Positions 20,695-30,475 of a stretch of DNA of 34,302 bases are shown here, piece after piece. Numbering within the stretch: position 1 is the stretch's first letter; each line of letters opens with the position of its first letter. Source of the DNA: Salisapilia sapeloensis CBS 127946. Taxonomy: Eukaryota > Protista > Oomycota. The DNA is taken from NCBI GenBank assembly GCA_023334545.1, contig JAADVB010000207.1, forward strand, positions 1-34,302. Direction: 5' to 3'. The translations under genes were made by a program, and so were the position numbers. Below the pieces are notes generated by a model, which was not told the DNA's origin, made no database searches, and saw only the letters and a program-made list of their open reading frames with translations.

Positions 20695-21409
20695 CGTCTT
20701 GAGCGAAACGAGCGGAGAAGGAGAGAAGCGAGTAAAGCTGACGTTTGTGCACTTTCCAGTGAATTGAGGAATGAGAGCGTAGATGCCACGCACAAAGAGC
20801 GAAAAAAATTGGAAGACGTAGCGAAAGGACGGTCGAGTAGCATTTCAAACCTTTTTCTTCCGCGTGCCTCGGATGAACCCTGCATGTAGCCCAGTTGGTA
20901 GCAACAATGGTACACCCGAAGCGTTGCGATCCACGCGTTCTGGATGTTCCAGGGCTGCACTGGACGTCAAACAGGTCGAAATATGGAAAGGAAGTAGCCA
21001 TAACCTTCTTCCGACACGCTACTTCCATCTCCAAGATCGAAGCCGTCTCGGATAACCCACCTCACTTCTGTTTCACCGTATGGTGACAAAAGTTCGCTTT
21101 ATCTGGACGCTAATGGAAACTTGTCAGAAGACAGGCGGATTAGTTGCAATGGAGCAGCTTCGCACGGTCTAAGCGACGTACGAACGACGACTTGCACCGC
21201 TTCAGACGGATTGAAGCGCAGACACGAGGGAGATGGATGGCTGTTCAGAACCTTTCCTCTCGCTCTATCCTTCGGTTCAGACAGCTAAGTTTCCACGGTC
21301 GTTCGCCTGCCCATCTGCTCTCGACGCCTTCGACCAAAGAGGTTGCTCCTCGCTATTCGACATCCTCTTGAGCCCAATTCAACCTCTTGATTTATTTCGA
21401 TCAAATTAA

Positions 21410-22994
21410 TCACTGGACTTTCAGAATCAAGTCCGTCTTCACTTGCATACTCTCCCGCTTATACACGTCTACATTCACACCGTACTGGTCGCGCAGTACC
21501 GGCACCAGCAGCTGCAGAAACCCAGCACACACGTTCTCCTCCACTCCATCCACCCGGAAAGCATCCTTCTTGCCAGTGCCTCGGAGCACACGATGCAGAA
21601 AGTCAGTCAGTTCCATTCGCTTCTTACTGTCACCAGCGCTCCAATTCGCCACAAAGTTCTTTATCAGCGGAGACGTCAAGTCCACCGGCAGTGAAGGGTA
21701 CCCTTCCACTTGCTTCCATGTCTCCTTGCTTTTCTCTTCCAACCCAACAGCCACTGCACTCTCCAGACGTGTTTGCTGCAAGTCGTCCACCTCCTGCTTC
21801 AGTTGCTGCACATGCGCCTCCAAAGCCTTTTGCGACACTACCGCAGCACTCCACTCGCTTTTTGTCTGCCTCAGAATGTCACGCGTTAGTTGGTGCTGTT
21901 TCTGAAGTAAGCGATAGTCGTCCATCAGCTTTTCCAGATCGGACGCTTGGTTATCGATCGGCTCTGGCTCTTCCATCGAAGTCTCCGTCTTGGACGCTTG
22001 GTTCCCGATCTCCTCCGGCTCTTCCGGTTCTTTCCGACCCAGTATCTCGGAGCTAGCAAGAGCCGACCGTAGCTCCTTGATCTGGAGCTCCAGCGTCAGA
22101 TTGCTTTCAATCAGCACGTCCTGCACTGACGTCTCGCTCGAGTCGATGGCTGCAGTCGGACTCGATGGCTGCGATCCATTCGGCACTTCCAGCAGTTCCT
22201 ACAAAAGGCGTTCAACAAGATACTCCAGTCTACATCCCCTGCAAAAGTACCTTGTACTTGTAGTTCATGTTCGTCAGACTCTCGATCATGGCCTGACTCT
22301 CCTTTGCTTCCGCCTCCAGCTCCTCATTCAGCTCCTGTACTCGACTCACTTTGGCCTCCAAGTGACTGATATAAGACGCAGCCTCCTCCTGCATCTGAAG
22401 CCTCCTCTTCAAGCCCTCATTCTCTTTTGCAACACTCTTCTTCTCCCTCTCTAGCCTCGCCTTTTCGTCTACTACTCGATCGTATCTTTGCGTCAGCTCG
22501 GCGTACTCCTCCTCATTCTTCAAATCCGCCAAGGATCCTTTTCGAATGAGGTGCTCGGACTGGAAGCGACGCATTGAAGGCATCACAACCGCATTCTCCT
22601 TGTTCTGCTCCTGCAACCGCTCGTTCTCCTCCATGAGCTGCGCTGCCCGACGCTTGTACTCTGCAATAGACTGTTCCATTCGCGTCTGCCTCTCCAGCAG
22701 CTCCTCCACATATCGAGTCTTGGCTGCCAAGTTCGTCCGCAGTTCACTCAGCTCCATGTAATTCTGTCTGCGCTCGGTCTTCAAAGCGTCCAGCTCATGC
22801 GTCTTGTCCTCGAGGTGCGACTGGAAGTTCGTTTCGGCATCCAACTGCTGGAGCACTTCCAGTTGAGCTCGAAGGGCTGCATTTTCATCCTGTAGCTCTC
22901 TCGTCTGTTCCAGCAGTTGGATGCCAAAACGCGCAGTTCTTCTCAGGATTGCAGACTCTCCGTCACTCTCTTCCCCATCCTCACATGCCAGCAC
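21410..22994 (-). CDS. Coiled-coil protein with CC1-box-like N-terminus and conserved C-terminal domain (510 aa, 2 exons)
   Basis: Exons 22994-22251 and 22198-21410; a 52-nt intron GTACTT..TGTAG joins two track ORFs in frame (YK|ELLEVPNG). N-terminus ILRRTARFGIQLLEQTREL; C-terminal domain shared with 30476-33157. Confidence 0.82.
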
Positions 22995-23259
22995 ATCCGA
23001 CGAAAAGGACGCAGCTACACATTTTTAATTACGCCATATTAATCAAGAAGCATACCATATACATTGCAAAAGACATGTACTTGATACGGGAGGGCTGCGG
23101 GCGACCGGAGCTAGGTACTCGTCCTCCATGCTGCTCAAAAGCCTTTCAAGTTGCGTAGTGGCAGAGGATTAGGCATAGCCGCGTCCTTCCACATTAAACA
23201 CTGTACACAGTCCCCACAATTGATCCTTTGCACCCACTCCAGTTTTGACCCGAAACACG

Positions 23260-24071
23260 ATGCAAGCTGTGAAGAAGACGCTACGACGAGAGATTGCGCA
23301 AAAGCTCAAAGCACTGTCCCCAGCAGAGATTCACGAGCAATCCAACCTCATTGCATCCAATCTATTTGCTCTTCCTGAATTCCAAAATGCCCAAATCATC
23401 AACGTCTACTTGAACATGGCAACGGAGGTGGTGACGCTGGCCATCCTGGAGCAAGCTTTTACATCGAACAAGCAAGTTTTTGTCCCCAAAATACTGGGCA
23501 AGAGGTCGGAAGACATGAAGATGGTTCGGATGGAGTCTATGGCCGAGGTTCTGGGTTTACCAAAGGTGCGCTGAATAGACAACTGACACTGTGTATGACC
23601 AATGCGAAAGTTTATTGTTATCGTGTAGGACTCATGGGGAATCCCAGATCCTCCTCTGACGGATGGTAAAGGAACAATCAAGGAAGAAGTCCTTAAGGAT
23701 GATGTAAGCATCGATCTGATACTCCTTCCCGGCGTTGGGTTCGACACGACGGGCGGTCGACTCGGGCACGGCAAAGGATATTACGGTATGCTGCCTCCTC
23801 AAACATCTAAAATATTCTTCTAACTCGAAGATGAAGACTGCTTTCTGGACCGCCTAGTTGCCAACTGCCAGCGTACTGGCAAATCGTTCCCAAAGACAAT
23901 CGTAAGCTAGCCTCGTGTACTGCTACCTTTTAACTTGCGCTCATCACACTAAACTTGCAGGGTCTCGGATTGAGAGAACAAATGGTCGACCAGGTTCCGA
24001 CAGACCCACATGACTACATGCTGGATGTGATCGTCACGCCGGATGAAACGATCCGGCCTGTAAAGCAATAA
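23260..24071 (+). CDS. MTHFS: 5-formyltetrahydrofolate cyclo-ligase (212 aa, 4 exons)
   Basis: Exons 23260-23565, 23629-23785, 23837-23901, 23961-24071. Motifs [62 protein letters not shown]. Confidence 0.93.
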
Positions 24072-24140
24072 GATACAACCAGTTCATCAAACTCGCGGTG
24101 CTTAGTCTTTACATAGACTGTTTATTTCCAATGAAAGAAT

Positions 24141-25694
24141 CTAGATGCGAGCCCCATTGTTGACCGAGTCGAGCTTGGATTCAAAAGACAGCTCCACTGG
24201 TGTGTTCACCTCAGGCTCCCGCCGTTTATTCTTGTATGCAGCCAGCGCAAAAACTGCGACGATCAGCGCCATCACAAAGATGGCACCCAAGGCCCAGTAC
24301 AACGTTCCATTGGAAGAATTGCTGCCACTGTCCGCTCCAGAAAGCTGCGTCTTCGAAACCATAAAATCAAATTCCTCGGACTCGCTGCTCGGGTCGTTAA
24401 TCCCATCCAGGTTGGCGCAAAAGTGCAGGTCGGCACCTTGGGTCAAGTACGTTTTGCAAAGTCGGCAGGAGGTGTCAGGCTGGCAACCCAGGAGATCCTC
24501 CCCATTGCTGTCAAGGCATCGTTCATCAATGATAAAGTGGGCATCGTAGTAGCTGACTGAGCCAAGATAATCTTCACACTGCGTCGGGCACTCTACCAAG
24601 TTGCTGTTAAAGTCGTTCACATCGCCCGATCGACAGAACCTGCAGTTTCCCTCCGAAAAGCAGCCAACGCCTCCGTCTTCGCACGCAGCATCTAGGTACG
24701 CATTGATCCCGACTGCTAGGTCTCCATCAGGAACATTAGCAGTACAAAAGGTCTCGTAGGTGTCTTGGTCGTGGCACCGGTACAGATGAGAGCTGTGGTG
24801 TGTCTGTCTGACATGACAATATCTGCAGTTGAGGGTTTTGTTGGTGGCGTTTCCGGCTCCTTTAAAGCAACCAGTGCTAGGCACTTCCTCGCAGAAATCA
24901 TCCACTTCAGCCGATACGCCGACGCTGTTGCCATACAAGGACACTTGAACTCCACACTCGTCTCTTTCAAAGATGACAGCAGAAGCATTATACTGACGAT
25001 CGCAAGAGTACAAGTGCTGGCTCGCGCTCGTCTCTTCCGTCTTGCAGTAGCGGCACCCGGCACTCGCCATCGAGTCGATGCATCCCAGTCCTCCTCTCAT
25101 CAAGCACTCTTCATCAAAGTAGGCAGAGATGCCGTTGTCCGCATCTCCACTGGACACGAGGTCGTCGCACACAGCTTCTTCATCACCAGCCCAACGACTG
25201 GAAGTCGTGTTGGTGATGTTCATCGTCACGTCCTCACACAGGACCAGGTGTTGGCTTTGAGATGTGAGCGTAGTGGCGCAGAAGCGGCAATCGGTGTTGT
25301 TTTCCGGTGGGAAGCATCCAATGCCACCGAACTCAGAACAGCCTAGGTCAGCCTGAGCTGAGATTCCGACGGCTTTGTCGCCAGGAGATACCTTGGCACT
25401 GCAGTTTCTGTCCTTAATGGCAGCTAGTTCTTCACACGTGTAATAATTTGGCGTCTCTTCGGTTGGCGTGAAGAAGAGGCACTTGCGGCAAGTCGAATCG
25501 AAGCAGCCGAGCCCATCTGGATCATATCGACAGGCTTCGTCAAACACGGCAGTGACACCGACGTACTCTTCAATCTCCTGCACAGCGAGAACGCAGTCGT
25601 CAATGTCTCCCACGTCTGCCAGTGCTCTGGATATGAGCGGAATCGTGATACCAAGCATGGCGGGAATGCAGGCAATTATCGAGTGGAGACGCAT
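24141..25694 (-). CDS. Type-I membrane protein with six Cys-rich repeats
   Basis: 517 aa: N-terminal signal peptide, six repeats of C..V..GD..vGi.a..D..C...G.GC....CR.C.......l..C, a Ser/Gly linker, TM LYWALGAIFVMALIVAVFALAAY and a short basic tail. Confidence 0.85.
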   Translation of the reverse strand: MRLHSIIACIPAMLGITIPLISRALADVGDIDDCVLAVQEIEEYVGVTAVFDEACRYDPDGLGCFDSTCRKCLFFTPTEETPNYYTCEELAAIKDRNCSAKVSPGDKAVGISAQADLGCSEFGGIGCFPPENNTDCRFCATTLTSQSQHLVLCEDVTMNITNTTSSRWAGDEEAVCDDLVSSGDADNGISAYFDEECLMRGGLGCIDSMASAGCRYCKTEETSASQHLYSCDRQYNASAVIFERDECGVQVSLYGNSVGVSAEVDDFCEEVPSTGCFKGAGNATNKTLNCRYCHVRQTHHSSHLYRCHDQDTYETFCTANVPDGDLAVGINAYLDAACEDGGVGCFSEGNCRFCRSGDVNDFNSNLVECPTQCEDYLGSVSYYDAHFIIDERCLDSNGEDLLGCQPDTSCRLCKTYLTQGADLHFCANLDGINDPSSESEEFDFMVSKTQLSGADSGSNSSNGTLYWALGAIFVMALIVAVFALAAYKNKRREPEVNTPVELSFESKLDSVNNGARI

Positions 25695-26275
25695 GTTCTG
25701 ATGATAGGTAGACTTGGATGGGCACTAGGAGGAAGGTTGACTTATGAAGACGACCTTGATACCGAGCGTTAGCTGGAAGTGAATGTCCAGCAGGGGCATC
25801 CCATGGGAGCGTTCCTACGGCTGAGCTTCTAGCAATTCAAGTTCATTATAACTTGCTACCTGACACACTCTCACCTGCGTCTCTACGGAACGCTCTTTGT
25901 TGGAGAAACCGTCTTAATGAATTCGTTCCTTTTAAATGCACTCGGAAGCGTCAGCCTTGTCTACTGACCAGTCCAGTCCGTATCGCATGTGCCACCTTGC
26001 GCAAAATCTGAGTAAATATCTAGATTCTTCACTGCGCGATGCATCCTGTTCTATCTTTGGACTGAATACAAAGCCTAGAGGGAGACGTCTTGGGACGTAT
26101 CCTGTCGAGGCCGACTCGTGGTAACTTCGGACGGGTCGCGCCCTTTCAGGCTCCGTTTCCAAGCTACACATCATAAATGGGTTTCCAATGATGTCAGTAG
26201 GAAGGCAGTATCAATTACGTATTCTAACGTCTGGAAACAGCCATCCGACCTCAAGTTTACGTGAACGGAAAGAGG

Positions 26276-27528
26276 ATGTCGACGCTGGCTTCTTATGTGC
26301 CTCTACGTCGGTCGACGAGCCCCATGAGCACTGTCACAGCGTCTAGTTTTGGAGAACGTGAGGACGACATGGCCGGATACAACCTCTCTCAGTCCATGTC
26401 TTCTTTTCGAAGCACCGAGCACTCTGGTCCCGACCACAGCCACAGCTTATGCGAGTCCTGCGGCGATCTCGAGCGCGACTTTGCCGCCGCCGTCCTCTTT
26501 GTCGATAGCTATCAAGGTATTTATTAGTATTCCCGTTGTTGTATACGTCGACTGAAACGAATTGTTCTCGGCATCAGGTCCGCATCGGATTCTGACCCAG
26601 GAGAATTCTGGCCCAAAGAAGGACTTTTACGCCTACTACCAGCAAGCGACGGTCGGGCCCTGTCCGAACAGCAGCCAAGCCCAAGGTCTTTCTGGGATCG
26701 AAGCAGCGAAATGGTAACCGACGTACATGGTTAGAATCAAAGTCTCATCGAAATAACGCGCGAGATGTAGGGACAAGTGGCGGCAATTGGGAGACATGAC
26801 CAAGCATGAAGCTATGAAACGATACACTTCGACGCTGGACAATCTGGTGGACGGGTGGAGACGTAGTGCTCGAAACACGACCGTCAGCCGTTCCCGCAAT
26901 GGGGACAACAACTCCTCGAACCCCGTACGTGTTTCTCCGTCAGCGCCTTTTGCATGATGCTGACGTTGTTAAAACAGGCTCTGAAGAAGTCTGTGAGCAT
27001 GTTTGAGCGACTGCCGCATCTATACGAGGAGATCGGAAGCATTGAAAGCCGCCTGGAAGATGAAAGCCATAAGCGACAGCTACTAGAGACTCAGTTCCAC
27101 AACGTGTCTTCTGTTCACGTACGTCCACACTCATACCATACGACTACCAGCTCTAACGTGAAGATATGCAGGAAGCTGCTATGGATGACCATTCTCATCG
27201 ATTAATGGACACGGAAGAGGCGTTCAAGACGTTGATGGAAGACATGGAGGCCAAGGTGTCGGAGCAAGCAAGAGAGCTAGAGTCTCTGTCGGCTACAAAC
27301 CGAGAGCTGTCGGATCAGATCGACAACTCCATCATCCTCTCGTCAGAAAAAAAGGTAGCAGGTGCTGGAAAGAAGGCGTGGGGCCTGATCATGCAGCCGA
27401 CGGTGTGGAAGACAGTGCTGGTAGTCGTTGCCTTCCAGTTGTACGTGTACGGGAAGCGTCGGAGAGTGCCGCAGAAGCTGGCGCAGTACCTCGTCCAGTG
27501 GCTCTTGAAGATCTCTCAGTCCGAATAA
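26276..27528 (+). CDS. Acyl-CoA-binding-domain protein with coiled coil and C-terminal TM (ACBD4/5-like architecture; about 342 aa, 5 exons)
   Basis: Exons 26276-26516, 26578-26713, 26771-26924, 26978-27118, 27172-27528 (introns 61, 57, 53, 53 nt). Spliced ACB domain: DFAAAVLFV...DFYAYYQQATVGPC...AKWDKWRQLGDMTKHEAMKRYTSTL. C-terminal TM VWKTVLVVVAFQLYVYG. An extra 5' exon is possible. Confidence 0.85.
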
Positions 27529-27602
27529 ATTGTGTTGGATTTGTCTCGTAATGTCAGTCTCTTTCCTCTTCAACATGACGTCAGCATCATTTCTCGACAA
27601 GC

Positions 27603-29607
27603 ATGCCGGCGTACACATCTGTAGCGATAGCTGTCGTCCTCGCTCTCTGTAGCGGTCTCCTCGTACTGACGGAAAAGCCTACGCTATTATCCCAAGAGGA
27701 TGCAACTCTCGAGATGCAGCAGACTAAGGGATACGTTCCCAACACGCTCCAAGCTCCTCGTCTCGCTGGTTCCCTCCTGCAGGTATCTACTGCCTCGTAC
27801 TCATGGTGTGCATCTCAAGTATAACTTTCGGGGAATATAGACGGCGTCGAAAGTAGTTCGAGTGCCAGGCATCTCGAACCTCTTTGCTGCACAAATGTAC
27901 CGCGACAACAAGATCGTAGACGTGCGAAAGTGAGTAGCGTGACCCTATCTTCCATATCCTACGGCCTCAGACCTTATGACATCTACTAGACTGGCTGCGT
28001 CGCTTCCGGACAACCCGACCTACTTCCCTCTCGTCGCGCCAAAGCAAGAAGACTCCACGGCCGTCGATCTTGTCGCGTTCCGAGATGAAACGCCATCGTT
28101 GGATGCTTCGGCCTTTCGCTACTGGACCGTCAAGGACTACACCTCTCGTTATGCTTCCAAAGAACTTACGCCTCTCCAAGTGGCCAAGGCGATCCTCCAT
28201 TACCTCAAGTCGGAAGAGCACAACAACGTCTTCATCGCCAAGCACGATGAAGAGGTGCTGCGAGAAGCAGAGCTGTCCACCAAGCGCTATGCGACCAACC
28301 AGCCCAAAGGTGTCCTAGACGGAATCTTTGTTCCTATCAAGGACGAGATGAATGTCAAGGGATTCCCTGTCACCGGTGGCACATCGTTCCTCGGCGACCT
28401 GAACGGCATCTCGGAAGAGGACGACAAGGTCGTCACTCTCTTGCGCAACCAAGGCGCCATCATCCTGGGCAAGAGCAACATGCACGAATATGGCATCGGC
28501 GTCACGGGCCACAATAATAACCACGGCTTCCCTCGCAACCCGCACAACACGAGCCACTACACTGGAGGATCTTCCAGCGGAGCAGCTGCAGTCGTCAGCT
28601 CTGGCCTCGTGCCCTTCGCCATCGGATCAGACGGAGGCGGCTCTGTGCGTATCCCATCTTCCTTTTGCGGCGTCGTCGGCATTAAACCCACCTTCCAGCG
28701 GGTGGAGCACGTGACCCCACCGTGTCCGACCGTCACCAACCCAGGAGTACTTGCCAACAGCGTGAGAGACGCAGCGCTCGCGTACGCTGTCATCAGTGAA
28801 GCGACGGAGGAAATGGAGCTCGCGAGTTTCACACTGTCCAAGCCAGCACCCTCCCTTCGCGATCTGGAGGCGTCTGACTTGACTGGCCTCCGTATCGGCT
28901 ACTTTGAAGACTACGCTCTGGATGCGACTGACCGCGTGCAGGAGAACGTCAAGAGCGCGATCCAAAAGCTTGAGAAGAAGGGCGCCAAAATCATCCCAGT
29001 CAAGCTCGAGTACCTGAACATCATCCGCTCAGCACACATGCTGACCATCTTGTCCGAGCTGGCCACAGCCACGGACGCACACTACCTTTCGCACTTCCAC
29101 GAGCTCGGACCGGAGACATCGATACTGCTCACCTTTGCTCGAGGCTTTTCTGCTGTCGACATGATTTCTGCCCAAAAGGTCCGTGCCTTTGCCATTCGCC
29201 AACTGCGTGACATCTACCGCCACGTGGACGTCATGATCACCCCAACGACGGCCATGACTGCTCCAAAGCTAAAGGAGGATGCTGCGATACTTGGAGAGTT
29301 GGACGCCGTGCAGACCAGCATCATCATGCGCTTTGCCGTCTACGCGAACTTTGCCGGCACCCCTGCGATGACTGTTCCCACTGGCGTCGATGACGATGGA
29401 CTACCGCTCGCCATCCAGGTAGAGTAGACAGGATCTTATCACACTATACAATTCTAAAGTTTCACTGCGTAGGTCGAATCGGAGCACTGGAAGGAAGACG
29501 TGATGATGCGCGTGGGGAGAGCGCTGGAAAAAGAGTACGAGGGCAAGATGCCAAAGCCTCAACTGCACTACGACATCGAGGCTCAAGTGAAGAGCCAAGG
29601 CAAGTGA
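27603..29607 (+). CDS. FAAH: Amidase-signature enzyme, fatty acid amide hydrolase-like (610 aa, 4 exons)
   Basis: Exons 27603-27782, 27841-27929, 27990-29418, 29473-29607. Catalytic Lys in VPIKD, GGSSSG, GSDGGGSVRIPSSFCGVVGIKPT; N-terminal hydrophobic anchor. Confidence 0.88.
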
Positions 29608-29646
29608 AAAGTAGAACGATGACCTTTTGCTACTTGAAATGTGCGT

Positions 29647-30359
29647 TTATTTCTTGACTGGTTTCGTCGGACCTGATCGTGCATCAAGTTAGTCAATAGC
29701 AAACGACAGAGTGCAGGAGATGTAGTGTACGTTTCTTTCTGCTACTCTTGCGATTGTTCGAGGCCATCCGCATGAAGGCAACAGGAATGATACCAGCAGA
29801 CACAATGAGGATGAGTCCAAGCCAGTTCGTCCACGAGTCCTCCACACCTTCGTGGGAAAAGCGGAAGGCGTCGTCAAAGTTTCTATTCAAAAGGCCCAAG
29901 TGGGTCAGTCCTACGATCGAAACCCATGAATGTACAGGCCCTCCTACTTGAATCCTTCTTCGTCTGCGATACCGTACAGGTCGTACTTTTCACGACGGTC
30001 CGGGTCCGACAGCACTCGATACGCTGTACACGCAAAGTCAATCACAACCGTGTTTTGTCAGCAAAAGGACAGTTTGCATCGTACCATTCGTAATCTGAAC
30101 GAAGCGGTCTTCTACAGCTTCTCTTTTGTCTGCAGACTGCTTATCGGGATGGTACTCGACAGCCAGCTTCCTGTATCTATTACCACGTCACGCAGCTTAG
30201 GACGATGGCAGACATCAACTTCCATCAAAGATACTACCTCTTTTTTAACTGGGCTGGCGTCACCGAAGACGAGACGCCGAGCATCTCGTACAAGTCCTCT
30301 CCAGCCACGAACGAGCATAGGAGGACGAGTAGAGTGATTGCCAACGTGATGCCACGCAT
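29647..30359 (-). CDS. Small DnaJ/Hsp40 J-domain protein with signal peptide and C-terminal TM (155 aa, 5 exons)
   Basis: Exons 30359-30238, 30176-30085, 30023-29948, 29882-29731, 29672-29647. Spliced: MRGITLAITLLVLLCSFVAG-EDLYEMLGVS...LKKRYRKLAVEYHPDK...FVQITNAYRVLSDPDRREKYDLYG...WLGLILIVSAGIIPVAFM-RMASNNRKSSRKK. Confidence 0.88.
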
Positions 30360-30475
30360 ACTTTCGTTTGAATGACCATGTTTGTGTCCTGTATTATTAA
30401 CCAATCACTGCAAGCTCTATGACTTTCTACCAATCCCAATAAATCTATGTCCGAGAAGTTGTCTTGAAAACCACT

